64,000 nucleotides of DNA from positions 64,001-128,000 of the forward strand of contig JBFWNW010000001.1 in the NCBI GenBank assembly GCA_050250855.1, read 5' to 3'. Numbering within the stretch: position 1 is the stretch's first letter; every line of letters starts with the position of its first letter. This document shows positions 39,571 through 49,856 of the stretch, piece after piece. Source of the DNA: Candidatus Babeliales bacterium (GTDB lineage: Bacteria > Babelota > Babeliae > Babelales > JACPOV01). The translations under genes were made by a program, and so were the position numbers. The notes under the pieces were generated by a model. It ran no database searches and was not told where the DNA came from. It worked only from the letters and a program-made list of their open reading frames with translations.

Positions 39571-41115
39571 TTAAAAGATTATACAACCGCAGCCATTCTG
39601 AGGTATATAGTCTTGTGGATAGAATGTTGGTATATAGAATAATGGTAGATTTTTAATCTTTTCTTCATAAGCTTTTTCAAGCTCTTGGTAGCTAAATTTT
39701 TGCATATATTCTAAAGCTTTTGGATCAGATTTTTTAATTTTTTCTATAATTTTGAAAGCACCTTCTAGCTTGCCTTTTAGAATAGCTGTTTGCAGCAATG
39801 TTTCTTCATCTGCACTATAATCGAGTTGAAAGTTAGGATGCTCAATGAGCCTATTAAAAAATGTATCATTGCTTGATTGAAGAGAATCAGAGAGTATTTC
39901 TTTACGCATTGCTTGTTTGCAATCTTCATGAGAAAATTGATTAAAAGCGGGAAGCTCCAAAAGATCAAAAAACATTTTTTCTTGATTATTTTCTATGGCA
40001 GAGGATAGTGCTTTTTGATAATTATAAGAATGAAGAGAGAATTCAGGATGTTTGGTGAGTAGTTCAAAAAAATCAGTGTTACCATGTTTTATGACCTTAT
40101 TTAACCATAAGTTTTCTCTAAAAAGTTGTTGAGGTTCGAAAATTTCTAAGATAATTCTTCCTAAGATAAGGTCATTGTAGTCTGTAGCGGAAGAAAGCCA
40201 ATAATTTTCTTGAGGGATGCTTTTTTTAAAAGCTCTCAATAACAGGTTAATTTTTTTATAGTTTTGAGGCTTAGAATCTTTATGATTAGAATAATAGTTG
40301 TCGAGTTCCCGAGAAAGTATACCATTCTCTCTTTTTGGATCATTATACGTTTTGACTATACGTACTGCTTGCTTTACAAGTGCTATTTCTTGATCGGTAC
40401 AATCTTTTAAGCAGTCAGTAATTTTAGTATTATCTTGGTACAACTTGTGCAAAGCACGTTTCGTGCTCAGAAGAATTCTTGCATATCCTTCAGAAATAGG
40501 TTTTTGTGAAAAGTTTTTTTGTATGGTGGCAACTAATGTATCATCTAATAATGATGCTTCTTTGTTAAATGCCGGGCAGGTATTGCAGAGCGTTGCAATA
40601 TGCGGCATTAACATTTTTTTCTCTGCCATAAGCGTGAGAAGTTTTTGTTTGTCTTCGGGTGTTTCATTATGCTTTAAAAACCAATCTTGTGCACCTTTTA
40701 AAGGGAGCATCATGGCAGCTTTAAGATCAAAATCATTTTTATTCTCTTGATAATATGAAGCGAGAGCTTCATGGTAATCAAAAATTATATCGTCTAGGTC
40801 TTCAGATTGGGCAACTTTTTGCGCTTCTTGCTTTTTGCGTAGATTTTTGCGAAATTTACGCTCTGCAAGATTATGCCCCAAGCTCGTGATAAGATTTTTT
40901 ATACTCTGTTCTTGGTTAAGAACGTTGTTAAATTTTTTGCATACTAAAGAAAGATTTTTAAGAGTTGTTTGTGCATCTTGAGGATTTTCAAAATGAGCAG
41001 TTTGGATCATTATTTCCTGCAACAAAGTATCCGTATTTAATACTTGTTGTAAAGCAGTTTCAGCACAAAAAACAGACGTTGAATATATAAGGAGAAAAAT
41101 AACTAGTTTTTTCAT
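39571..41115 (-). CDS. Secreted protein with F-box-like segment, ankyrin-like repeats and C-terminal CaaX (CIIF)
   Basis: Signal; LLQEIM...LKNLSLVCKKFNNVL; ETLLQTAILKGK; ends GCGCIIF. Confidence 0.65.
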   Translation of the reverse strand: MKKLVIFLLIYSTSVFCAETALQQVLNTDTLLQEIMIQTAHFENPQDAQTTLKNLSLVCKKFNNVLNQEQSIKNLITSLGHNLAERKFRKNLRKKQEAQKVAQSEDLDDIIFDYHEALASYYQENKNDFDLKAAMMLPLKGAQDWFLKHNETPEDKQKLLTLMAEKKMLMPHIATLCNTCPAFNKEASLLDDTLVATIQKNFSQKPISEGYARILLSTKRALHKLYQDNTKITDCLKDCTDQEIALVKQAVRIVKTYNDPKRENGILSRELDNYYSNHKDSKPQNYKKINLLLRAFKKSIPQENYWLSSATDYNDLILGRIILEIFEPQQLFRENLWLNKVIKHGNTDFFELLTKHPEFSLHSYNYQKALSSAIENNQEKMFFDLLELPAFNQFSHEDCKQAMRKEILSDSLQSSNDTFFNRLIEHPNFQLDYSADEETLLQTAILKGKLEGAFKIIEKIKKSDPKALEYMQKFSYQELEKAYEEKIKNLPLFYIPTFYPQDYIPQNGCGCIIF

Positions 41116-41175
41116 AAAACCCCTACGTTTAAATTTTTACTTAAAGATAGAGGTCTTATATTTTTTGTCAAAAAA

Positions 41176-42510
41176 TTATGATTTTTTATCCTGTGTATCA
41201 TAGCCAAGTTTGCGTAGCTCATCGCGTAATGCGTCAGCGCGTGCCCAATCTTTTTGCTTGCGCGCTTCTTCACGTTGCGCGATCAGTTTTTGCATTTCAG
41301 AGGTCACCGTAACTTCTTGTTCAGGAAGTGGTTCAAGCGTCAAGCCCAGTACTTCCATAATAAACTGTTTGACGGCGCAGAATGTTTCCTGATCTTTTTG
41401 TAGCGCATCAAGGTTAGAAAATAGTACGCCCCACAGGCCGGTAGTATTAACATCATCATATAAGAACGCAAGCATTTCTTGCACCAAAGGATTTTTTAAA
41501 ATATCTTGATCAGAAACTTTTTTGCATATGGTTTGCGCAAAGAACTTTGCCAATTTTTGATACGTTTTTTGTGCAACCTCTAATTCTTGTAAAGAAAAAT
41601 CAAGCGGTGCGCGATAGTGATGATTCAAATACAAAAAGCGCACAACCATAGGATCAAACTGCTTGAAAACATCACGCAAGGTAAAAAAATTGCCGAGTGA
41701 TTTTGACATTTTTTCTTTATTAATACGCACGAAAGCATTGTGCATCCAATAGTTTGCAAACGGCTTTTCGGTCAAACCTTCTGTTTGTGCAATTTCATTT
41801 TCATGATGCGGGAATATTAAATCCATGCCGCCACCGTGAATATCAATGCGATCGCCCAAATATTTTTGTGCCATAGCAGAACATTCAATATGCCAGCCCG
41901 GTCTTCCATAACCCCACGGACTCTTCCAAAACGTTCCTTCTTTTTCTGCTTTCCAGAGTGCAAAATCAAGAGGATCTTCTTTGTGTTCATCCACTTGTAC
42001 GCGTGCGCCAGCTTTAAGATCATCACTATTTTGTTTAGAGAGTTTGGTGTATTCAGGAAAAGATTTTATGCGAAAATAAACATCACCATCAACAACGTAT
42101 GCTTTTCCTTTGGCTATCAACCCTTCAATAAATTTGATAATTTCTGGTATAACCGCTGTTACGCGCGGTTCATAGGTTGGAGGCAAGCAATTAAGACGCG
42201 CCATATCTTCATGGTACGCATCAATAAAACGGGTTGCAATTTCTGCAAAGCGGAGCGGATCGTTATATTCTTTTTGGGCGCGTGCAATTAATTTGTCATC
42301 AACGTCAGTGAAATTTCTACAGTAGGTAACGTCATAGCCAAGCAAGCGTAAAAGCCTATACAAAACGTCAAAAAAAACATACACTCTTCCATGCCCCATA
42401 TGAGCAAAATCATAGGGCGTGATGCCACATACATACAAAAGAACTTTTTTGTCTGAAAGTGGCTTGAACGGTTCTTTTTTTCCGGTTAACGTATTAGTAA
42501 TTTTTAGCAT
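41176..42510 (-). CDS. cysS: Cysteinyl-tRNA synthetase
   Basis: YVCGITPY, HMGH, GRPGWHIECSAM, HGGGMDLIFPHHENE, KMSKS. Confidence 0.98.
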   Translation of the reverse strand: MLKITNTLTGKKEPFKPLSDKKVLLYVCGITPYDFAHMGHGRVYVFFDVLYRLLRLLGYDVTYCRNFTDVDDKLIARAQKEYNDPLRFAEIATRFIDAYHEDMARLNCLPPTYEPRVTAVIPEIIKFIEGLIAKGKAYVVDGDVYFRIKSFPEYTKLSKQNSDDLKAGARVQVDEHKEDPLDFALWKAEKEGTFWKSPWGYGRPGWHIECSAMAQKYLGDRIDIHGGGMDLIFPHHENEIAQTEGLTEKPFANYWMHNAFVRINKEKMSKSLGNFFTLRDVFKQFDPMVVRFLYLNHHYRAPLDFSLQELEVAQKTYQKLAKFFAQTICKKVSDQDILKNPLVQEMLAFLYDDVNTTGLWGVLFSNLDALQKDQETFCAVKQFIMEVLGLTLEPLPEQEVTVTSEMQKLIAQREEARKQKDWARADALRDELRKLGYDTQDKKS

Positions 42511-42677
42511 GGTATGTATATGTTCTCCATAATTGGGTTGAAATTATTTATAAAAGATTAAAAAAGATACAGGTATTTTTCTGGTTAATTTCAGAAAAAA
42601 AGGTATTCTATTTTCTTAAACCTTGTTTATATTTTTTTACTAAAGTTTTGATATTGTGGCAAGAATCAGGAGCAATA

Positions 42678-45389
42678 ATGATTGGGGCAAGAACTAAACC
42701 GAGAAGCAAAATGATTTTTTTTATTATACTATTACAACTGACATTATTTGTATGTGCAGATGAACCTTTGGTGTCAGAGTCGCTTGATTTGCAAGAAGAG
42801 GTTATGCAGGAGCCGATAACACCTGTAAGAGAAGAAACAGTCGGGAGCCCTGACAAGCAAGAAGCTGAAACATCTGAGTCGGTTGCCCAAGAAGAGCAAG
42901 AAGATGCGAGTCTTGATTTTGATGCACATGCGCACGATGATGCTCAAGACCAAGAGCAATTTGTTGATGAAGACAATGCGCCGGTTAAAGAAAAGTATAT
43001 AGCAGAGATTATTGTTGAGGGTAATAAACGTATTCCTTTGCAAGCAATAATCAGCCGTGTTCCCTATCGCTCAGGCGAAATCTTTTCACCACAAAAATCA
43101 AACAAATTGGTGCGTAACTTATATGATCTTGGTTATTTTAGACAAGTAGAAGTGTACGTTGAGGATGTAGATGCAGAGAGTCTTAACCTTATTGTTTCTG
43201 TTGATGAAAAGCGTGTTTTAGAGGAAGTAAGATTTTTTGGTAATTATAATCTTTCAGAAAAAGAGATTAAAAAGAAGCTTGATTTTTCAAAAGTTTCATG
43301 CGCTGATGAAGATGATATACCAAAATATATCAAGGTGCTAAAAAAATTATATCGTGATAAAGATTTTCATGATGTTGACATTAAAGCAGAACTACAAGGT
43401 GATGGTGAACGCGTAACGCTTATTTTTACCATCAATGAAGGCAAAAGAACCCTAGTAAAGCGTGTTCGCTTTACGGGCAATAACTATTTTCAAGATAAAA
43501 AATTACGTTCTATTTTATTTACCCGTGAAGATTGGGTTCTTGGTTTTCTTGACCGAGCAGGAAGTTTCCAGCCAGAAGCAGTAGAAGCAGATAAACAAGT
43601 TATTGAAAACTATTATCAAAGTAATGGTTTTTTTAATGCAAAAGTTACCGATGTTACGTTTGATTTAGATGAAGAAACAAAAGATTTAACGGTAGTATTT
43701 CATATTTTTGAAGGTGAGCAATATCGCATTAGCCAAGTACGCGCGCCGGGTAATGAAGTGGTAACACAAGAGCAGCTGCTTGATCGTATTCCCATTCGTC
43801 CAGGACAACTTTATTCGCGTGAAATGGTGCGTGAAACTATTGAGCTTTTACGTCTAATTTGGGGTGAATTTGGGTACATTAATGCTGATATTGAACCGTC
43901 AGTGCAACCAAATGAAGATGAAAAAACGGTAGCGCTTTCTTTTTATAGCGAATTAGGGCCACGTATCTATTTGAACCGCATCACTATTATTGGTAACGAA
44001 AAAACGTATGACAAAGTAATCAGACGACAGTTGACCGTTGAAGAAGGTTGCATTTTAACAACTAAAGCGATGGATGAATCTAAATCTCGCGTTGAAGGAC
44101 TTGGTTTTTTTGATACACGTGACGGTGTTAACTGGCGTATTATTCCGGTAGCAAAAGATCGCGTTGATTTAGAATTGATTGTCAAAGAAGTACGCACTGG
44201 CCGTATGGAAGCTCAAATGGGCTTTGGTGGAACCCCGCGCGATATTTCTTCTCCAACAGAATCATTTAACGTTACGTTGAACGTTGCTGATACGAACTTA
44301 TTTGGCCGTGGTATCCAAGTAAATGCCAGTGCTTCATTATCAAAAGAAGAGCGTAATCTTTTATTCAATATTACGCAGCCGTGGCTTTTTGACCGACCAA
44401 TTCATGCAACGGGTGATTTATTTATCAAGCGTTCCATTTACGATGATTTTGCCTTTATCAAGCAACCGCAAATTGATGAAAATATTACTGGTGGTACTAC
44501 AGGTATTGGTTTTCTTTCGCGCAAGCTGTGGGATACTACGGTTGCGTATAAACTTGGTGTTGAAGGAATTACGTATAAGCAAACGCCTGAAGTTACTATC
44601 GGAACGGTGCCGGGATTAAATCCGCAACAAATTACGGCACTTGAACTTGAGTTGCAAAATATTATGGATAAACGATTCACCAGCGGTGCATTTTTATGGT
44701 TTGGTGGTTACGCATTTAAAGATTTGCGCAATCATCCTTTACATCCAAGCCGCGGTTACCAATATTCTATGTTTGCTAAACTTGCTGTTCATAGCAATTT
44801 AAAAGATAATCCTCGCGATAACGTAGTACAGAATATTGAAGCGAATGCGGTGCGTAAGCGCTATGGCTTTTTGAAAGTTGATTTTGATGCAAGTTGGTTT
44901 ACGCCACTTATTGGTGAGCGAGATTTAGTACTCGGCTTGCATGCTCATATGGGAATTGTTGGTGGTATTGGTAAAAAAACTATTCCATTCCGTGAGCTGT
45001 ATCATATTGGTGGTCCTGGTAGCGTACGTGGATTCTTATACGGAGAAATAGGGCCGGTCTTTGTAGTACCGCAGTTGCAAAAAAGTGACATGCTTGGTGC
45101 AAAAAAAGCATTTTGGTTAAATGCTGAAATGGTGTTTCCTATTTCAAAAGACTTCTCTATGAAAGGTGCCGTATTTTATGATGGCGGTGCTGGTTGGGAT
45201 ACACCAGATTCTCATGAAATTTCACCGGCAAACTTGCGCAATAACAGTTTTGCATTCCGTCATGCTGTTGGATTTGGGGTAAGAATTTTACGTCCAACAC
45301 CAATAAAAATTGATTGGGGCTTTAAGCTCGATCCAAAACGTGGTGAAACGAAGAGCCAAGTACACTTTAGCATGTATCAAGATTTTTAA
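42678..45389 (+). CDS. bamA: Outer membrane protein assembly factor BamA with acidic N-terminal extension
   Basis: POTRA repeats (I.VEGN, FFGN, FTGN, IIGN), NLFGRG, GGPGSVRGF, C-terminal Phe; start uncertain. Confidence 0.93.
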   Translation: MIGARTKPRSKMIFFIILLQLTLFVCADEPLVSESLDLQEEVMQEPITPVREETVGSPDKQEAETSESVAQEEQEDASLDFDAHAHDDAQDQEQFVDEDNAPVKEKYIAEIIVEGNKRIPLQAIISRVPYRSGEIFSPQKSNKLVRNLYDLGYFRQVEVYVEDVDAESLNLIVSVDEKRVLEEVRFFGNYNLSEKEIKKKLDFSKVSCADEDDIPKYIKVLKKLYRDKDFHDVDIKAELQGDGERVTLIFTINEGKRTLVKRVRFTGNNYFQDKKLRSILFTREDWVLGFLDRAGSFQPEAVEADKQVIENYYQSNGFFNAKVTDVTFDLDEETKDLTVVFHIFEGEQYRISQVRAPGNEVVTQEQLLDRIPIRPGQLYSREMVRETIELLRLIWGEFGYINADIEPSVQPNEDEKTVALSFYSELGPRIYLNRITIIGNEKTYDKVIRRQLTVEEGCILTTKAMDESKSRVEGLGFFDTRDGVNWRIIPVAKDRVDLELIVKEVRTGRMEAQMGFGGTPRDISSPTESFNVTLNVADTNLFGRGIQVNASASLSKEERNLLFNITQPWLFDRPIHATGDLFIKRSIYDDFAFIKQPQIDENITGGTTGIGFLSRKLWDTTVAYKLGVEGITYKQTPEVTIGTVPGLNPQQITALELELQNIMDKRFTSGAFLWFGGYAFKDLRNHPLHPSRGYQYSMFAKLAVHSNLKDNPRDNVVQNIEANAVRKRYGFLKVDFDASWFTPLIGERDLVLGLHAHMGIVGGIGKKTIPFRELYHIGGPGSVRGFLYGEIGPVFVVPQLQKSDMLGAKKAFWLNAEMVFPISKDFSMKGAVFYDGGAGWDTPDSHEISPANLRNNSFAFRHAVGFGVRILRPTPIKIDWGFKLDPKRGETKSQVHFSMYQDF

Positions 45390-45397
45390 GATTAAAT

Positions 45398-45556
45398 CGT
45401 TCGAATGCTTCGACAGGCTCAGCACGAACGGTTTAATATAAGCACGTATGTACTTTCCAGACTTTCGCACAAATGTTATGTCGGCCATGTAGGATTAAAC
45501 GCTGCGCCGCTCATTTCTCACTCCGTTCGCCCTGAGCTCGTCGAAGGGTGCGAACG
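45398..45556. repeat. REP-like inverted dimer (reverse orientation of 20038-20202)
   Basis: CGTTCGAATGCTTCGACAGGCTCAGCACGAACGG ... GCTCATTTCTCACTCCGTTCGCCCTGAGCTCGTCGAAGGG. Confidence 0.9.
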
Positions 45557-45570
45557 CAAAAGATAGAGTT

Positions 45571-45984
45571 CTATTCTTGTTCTTTTTGTTTTTCTTGTAG
45601 TGCAGGAGTGACATGAATTTTCTTGTTAGTTTCAGCAGAAAATTCAAACTCTTCTTGCTTGAAGAATATCCATTGTGTTGCGTTTTTTTGCATAAGAAAT
45701 TCTTCCCATATGGTGAGTATTTGCAAGAATCGTTCTTTAGGTAAACTTACGACCGGAAACTGTTTTTGTTCAATATGTTTTATGACAATAAAATCTGCTG
45801 TTGTTTGCACAAAGCAGGCATCAAGATACACGGTTTCATCATCCGTTGTTGCAAGTGCTCGTAAAAAGTCTGGCATTTGGATAGCATCATGAATAAGTAG
45901 TTCACCAATTACAGAAATATAAGCGTTATCTGTTTTATAAGAAATAGCTCCATCTCTAGAAACATGCAACGTTAATGTGAGCAT
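45571..45984 (-). CDS. Hypothetical protein
   Basis: 137-aa ORF with AGGAG RBS; no recognised motif. Confidence 0.6.
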   Translation of the reverse strand: MLTLTLHVSRDGAISYKTDNAYISVIGELLIHDAIQMPDFLRALATTDDETVYLDACFVQTTADFIVIKHIEQKQFPVVSLPKERFLQILTIWEEFLMQKNATQWIFFKQEEFEFSAETNKKIHVTPALQEKQKEQE

Positions 45985-46106
45985 AAACTCTCCTTACGTA
46001 AAAATGAGATCCTTTTTTTATATAATTAGGTTAGCATTATTTCTTGCAAAAATCTAAAGCATTATGGTTTATTATAGATAAAGGGTTAAAAAAAGGATTT
46101 ATAATT

Positions 46107-46859
46107 ATGACTATATTTGTAACAGTACTGTTTTTTATTTTTGTGTATATGAACTTTTTATTTTTGATAGCTCACTATAAAAATGATGTTAGCATTGTTG
46201 ACATGGGTTGGGCAGGTGGTTTTATGCTTGTTGCGCTAACAAGTTTATTACAAGGAGAACATACTGTTAGAGGATATATTGCGACATTTTTAATATTCAT
46301 ATGGGGTTGTCGTTTGACCTGGCACATTGTTTCACGGCATAAAGGAGAAGATCCTCGGTATACGGCTTTAAAAAAATCATGGGGAACATATGCCGGTATC
46401 AAAATATATGGGTATATTTTTATGTTCCAAGGATTACTTATTCTTTTGATCAGTTATCCATTGCTGTTAATTAATTCTGCAGGATGCGCAGATTTTTCTT
46501 TTTTTGATGTTTCTCTATTCATGCTTTGGATTATAGGGTTTGTTTTTGAGGTGGCTGGAGATTATCAACTTAAAATGTTTTTAGCTAATCCAGCTAATAA
46601 AGGGAAAGTTTGTGAATATGGGTTGTGGCGCTTTACGCGCCACCCCAACTATTTTGGAGAATTGTGCATGTGGTTTGCGCTTAATCTTTTGGCTTTGGGT
46701 TGTTCTTATGGTTTTACTTCGTTTATAAGTATAATTACTTTGATTATTATATTTACTATTTTTTCAATACCTATTACTGAAGCTCAATTTGCCCATAACC
46801 CTGCTTACCAAGAATATAAGAAAAAAACGCCAGCACTTATTCCCATGCCATTTTTTTGA
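46107..46859 (+). CDS. DUF1295 / steroid 5-alpha-reductase-like membrane protein
   Basis: SIVDMGW, GEDPRY, GDYQL, GLWRFTRHPNYFGE. Confidence 0.9.
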   Translation: MTIFVTVLFFIFVYMNFLFLIAHYKNDVSIVDMGWAGGFMLVALTSLLQGEHTVRGYIATFLIFIWGCRLTWHIVSRHKGEDPRYTALKKSWGTYAGIKIYGYIFMFQGLLILLISYPLLLINSAGCADFSFFDVSLFMLWIIGFVFEVAGDYQLKMFLANPANKGKVCEYGLWRFTRHPNYFGELCMWFALNLLALGCSYGFTSFISIITLIIIFTIFSIPITEAQFAHNPAYQEYKKKTPALIPMPFF

Positions 46860-47180
46860 TTAGCCAAGAAATTCTTGTATCTTCAACAACAAATCTTCTT
46901 TTGCAACGTAACCAGTTTCTTTGCCTTTTAATTGTCCACCTTTGACAAAGATGAACGTGGGAATTGAAGTTACACCAAACTGGACTGCTAAATCGCGTGA
47001 TTCATCAACATTGATTTTTACAAATTTATATTTGGAACCATGTTCTTTTTCAAGGTCTGCAAAAATTGGCATCATTTGTTGGCATGGCCCGCACCAGTCT
47101 GCATATACATCGATGACGACAGGTTTTTTTGATTGTAACACTTCAACATCATAATTTTCTTTAGTTATTGCAATAGGCAT
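46860..47180 (-). CDS. trxA: Thioredoxin
   Basis: WCGPC, SIPT. Confidence 0.95.
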   Translation of the reverse strand: MPIAITKENYDVEVLQSKKPVVIDVYADWCGPCQQMMPIFADLEKEHGSKYKFVKINVDESRDLAVQFGVTSIPTFIFVKGGQLKGKETGYVAKEDLLLKIQEFLG

Positions 47181-47298
47181 AATAATCCTTATGTATAATG
47201 TTTTGAAAAACTTTCTTTCTTCTGACTATACCCAAATTTTTTTTATTCGTTAATATTATGGATCAAAGATTATAGCCGTTTACAAGAAAGGAATTATT

Positions 47299-48015
47299 AT
47301 GGCTGGTCCGGTTACGCATATTGTTTTAGCGTTAAAAATGTTTCCCTTGTTGGCAGGATTTTTTGATAAGACAGAATTTTTAGTTGGCACAAGTTTTCCA
47401 GATATTCGTCATCTTGCACATTTGTCACGCGAAGAAACTCATCTTGAACCAGTTTCTTGGGAGCATGTTTTGCATGCAGAGTCATCATTTAAAGCTGGCA
47501 TGTTGTTTCATAATTTAGTTGATCATGCGCGGCTTGATTATTTTGCAGGAAATTATTTTGATGAAAATCAACCATCACGTGCCGATAATTCTTTATATTA
47601 TTCTTTGTATCCTATTGCACAGAAAATGGTGGAAGATGCATTCATGTATCCTTTATGCCAAGAATGGCCCGCAATTATAGAGCTTTTTGACAAAGTGTAT
47701 ACACAAGAATTAGAGCTTTGTCATGATGAAGAAATAGTAAAAAACTGGCATACTCTTTTGCGAAATTATTTTGCCTATGAGCCAACATTAGAAAGTACAG
47801 AAAATTTTTTAAAGGGCGTAGGAAATCTTTACTTGATGATGGATGTAGAAACATTTAATCCTTATGAAAAGTTACAAAATCTTTTTGCCAACCAAGATTT
47901 TTATCAAGCAGTTTATAGATTCTACGATATATTTGGTGTGTTAATAGGCTTAGAAAAATATGAAAAAATTGACTCATTGCACAGTAGAATAGGATACCCT
48001 GTTGCATGTTGGTGA
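47299..48015 (+). CDS. Hypothetical protein, possibly Zn-dependent phospholipase C-like fold
   Basis: N-terminal TH, GTSFPDI, G..FH..VD pattern. Confidence 0.55.
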   Translation: MAGPVTHIVLALKMFPLLAGFFDKTEFLVGTSFPDIRHLAHLSREETHLEPVSWEHVLHAESSFKAGMLFHNLVDHARLDYFAGNYFDENQPSRADNSLYYSLYPIAQKMVEDAFMYPLCQEWPAIIELFDKVYTQELELCHDEEIVKNWHTLLRNYFAYEPTLESTENFLKGVGNLYLMMDVETFNPYEKLQNLFANQDFYQAVYRFYDIFGVLIGLEKYEKIDSLHSRIGYPVACW

Positions 48016-48065
48016 AAAATTTTATACAATCAGAAATATAGGTTCATTTTACAGGGAGGATTTCC

Positions 48066-48758
48066 ATGAACTACGCAGGATATACTGCATCGGGTTCGAT
48101 TGCAGATTTCATGTATAAAGTATACGGTTGGATGGCTGCAGGGCTTACTCTAACTGGTGTTACCGCATACTATCTTTTTTATAATCAAGCACTTTTTGCA
48201 ACCATTTTTGGTACACCATTTGCGGCGATGGGTTTAATGCTTGTGCAAATAGCATTGGTTGTTTCACTTGTTGGCATGGTTAATCGTATGAGCATGTCTA
48301 CAGCAACTATGATATTTTTAGGCTATTCAATATTGACCGGCGTAACGCTTTCATCAATCTTCTATGTATATACTATGCAATCAATCTATTTGGTGTTTGG
48401 TATTTCTGCGGGGATGTTTGCAACAATGGCATTATATGGTTACGTTACTAAAGATGATTTAACAGGCGTTGGTTCAATTGCACGCATGGGTCTTTTTGGT
48501 ATCATCATTGCAATGATTGTTAACATATTCTTAAAAAGCGCACAGATGGATTATGTTTTATCATTAGTTGGCGTTGCGGTATTTACGCTTTTGACTGCTT
48601 ATGATAATCAAAAAATAAAACAAATGGGCCATGTGCTTATTGGTCAAGGTGAAATAGCAAATAAGGCTTCCTTGCAGGCAGCATTAATGTTATACCTTGA
48701 TTTTATTAATTTATTCTTATTTTTGTTGCGTATTATGGGGCAACGAAGAAGAGACTAA
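48066..48758 (+). CDS. Bax inhibitor-1/YccA (YbhL-like) membrane protein
   Basis: KVYGWMAAGL, TKDDL, AYDNQKIK, ALMLYLDFINLFL. Confidence 0.92.
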   Translation: MNYAGYTASGSIADFMYKVYGWMAAGLTLTGVTAYYLFYNQALFATIFGTPFAAMGLMLVQIALVVSLVGMVNRMSMSTATMIFLGYSILTGVTLSSIFYVYTMQSIYLVFGISAGMFATMALYGYVTKDDLTGVGSIARMGLFGIIIAMIVNIFLKSAQMDYVLSLVGVAVFTLLTAYDNQKIKQMGHVLIGQGEIANKASLQAALMLYLDFINLFLFLLRIMGQRRRD

Positions 48759-48780
48759 TAAAAATTGATTTTTAATTTTT

Positions 48781-48810
48781 AAGGGCCGCAGAAATGCGGT
48801 CCTTTTTTTT
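48781..48810 (+). terminator. Intrinsic terminator
   Basis: AAGGGCCGCA-GAAA-TGCGGTCCTTTTTTTT. Confidence 0.8.
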
Positions 48811-48881
48811 TATCAAGGTTTTATTTTTTTTCTAGTATACTGTCATGAAGTTAATAACCAATTCTTAACAAAGGAGTTCTT

Positions 48882-49568
48882 ATGAAACGTTTTTTTAGCC
48901 TAGTAGTGGCAGGTACTTGCATGGCGTTGCAGCTGCAAGCGCAGGAAAAAGTATGTACCAAGCAAGAGCTTATGATGGATGTTTATGATATAGGGTCAGT
49001 TAAATTTGGTGATTTTATGCTTAAAGTAACTGATGGCTTTATGAGTACTCCTATTTATTTAGATTTAAGACGCATTATGTCTCATCCAGAGTTAATGAAA
49101 AAAGTTGTAACTATGATGCATGAAGCAGTGCGCACTGTTTCCTATGATGTTGTATGTGGTGTTCCTTCGGCAGCGATTCCTTATGCGGCAGTATTTTCAG
49201 CACAAACAAATAAACCATTAATTATGTCTCGCCAAACTATGAAACATCATGGCATGTGCCAATCTGTTGAAGGTGATTATCATAAAGGACAACGCGTACT
49301 CTTGTTTGAAGATGTCATGGTTAGTGGCGCTAGTATTGGATCTGCAGTAGAAACATTGCGTAAAGAAGGTTTGATTGTAGAAGATGTTGTAGTCTTGTGT
49401 GATCGCCAGCAGGGCGGCATGCGCCATGTGGCACAAGAATGTGGCGTGCGTGTGCATGTTATCTTTACCCTTGAAGAACTTCTTGAGCTTCTTGAACAGG
49501 AAGAAAAAATTGATCATCATACCGCAGAATTAGTAAGAACGTATATTGCGCATAATCAGTGTAGTTGA
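48882..49568 (+). CDS. Orotate phosphoribosyltransferase-like protein with N-terminal signal peptide
   Basis: KFGDF.LK, PIYLDLR, VCGVP, EDVMVSGAS PRPP loop, DRQQGG. Confidence 0.8.
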   Translation: MKRFFSLVVAGTCMALQLQAQEKVCTKQELMMDVYDIGSVKFGDFMLKVTDGFMSTPIYLDLRRIMSHPELMKKVVTMMHEAVRTVSYDVVCGVPSAAIPYAAVFSAQTNKPLIMSRQTMKHHGMCQSVEGDYHKGQRVLLFEDVMVSGASIGSAVETLRKEGLIVEDVVVLCDRQQGGMRHVAQECGVRVHVIFTLEELLELLEQEEKIDHHTAELVRTYIAHNQCS

Positions 49569-49593
49569 TTTAATTGAATTAAAAGGCGCCTAT

Positions 49594-49811
49594 ATCCTTC
49601 CCAGGCTTCGCATAAAGCTTCGCCGGGCAGGCTGATACATTTTTCTTTTCGGAAAAACACTCCCTTCGATAAATTCAGGACAGGCAGGATGAGCGCAATA
49701 GTTAAAAAGCGCTCGTGTCCCTCGATGCACCAAGCAAAGCTTGGCACTCGGGATGATCGGGAGAGAGTTGATTAGCCTGTCCGCCGAAGTCTTGACGAAG
49801 GCTGGAAACCA
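49594..49811. repeat. Nested palindromic repeat cluster
   Basis: ATCCTT[insert 49600-49632]..GATACA...CACT[insert 49662-49685]AGGATGAGCG; 49710-49811 is an inverted near-copy of 52960-53061. Confidence 0.85.
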
Positions 49812-49856
49812 TAGCGCTCAGTAGCTCTCAGTAAAATAAGGGCCGCATTTGCGGCC

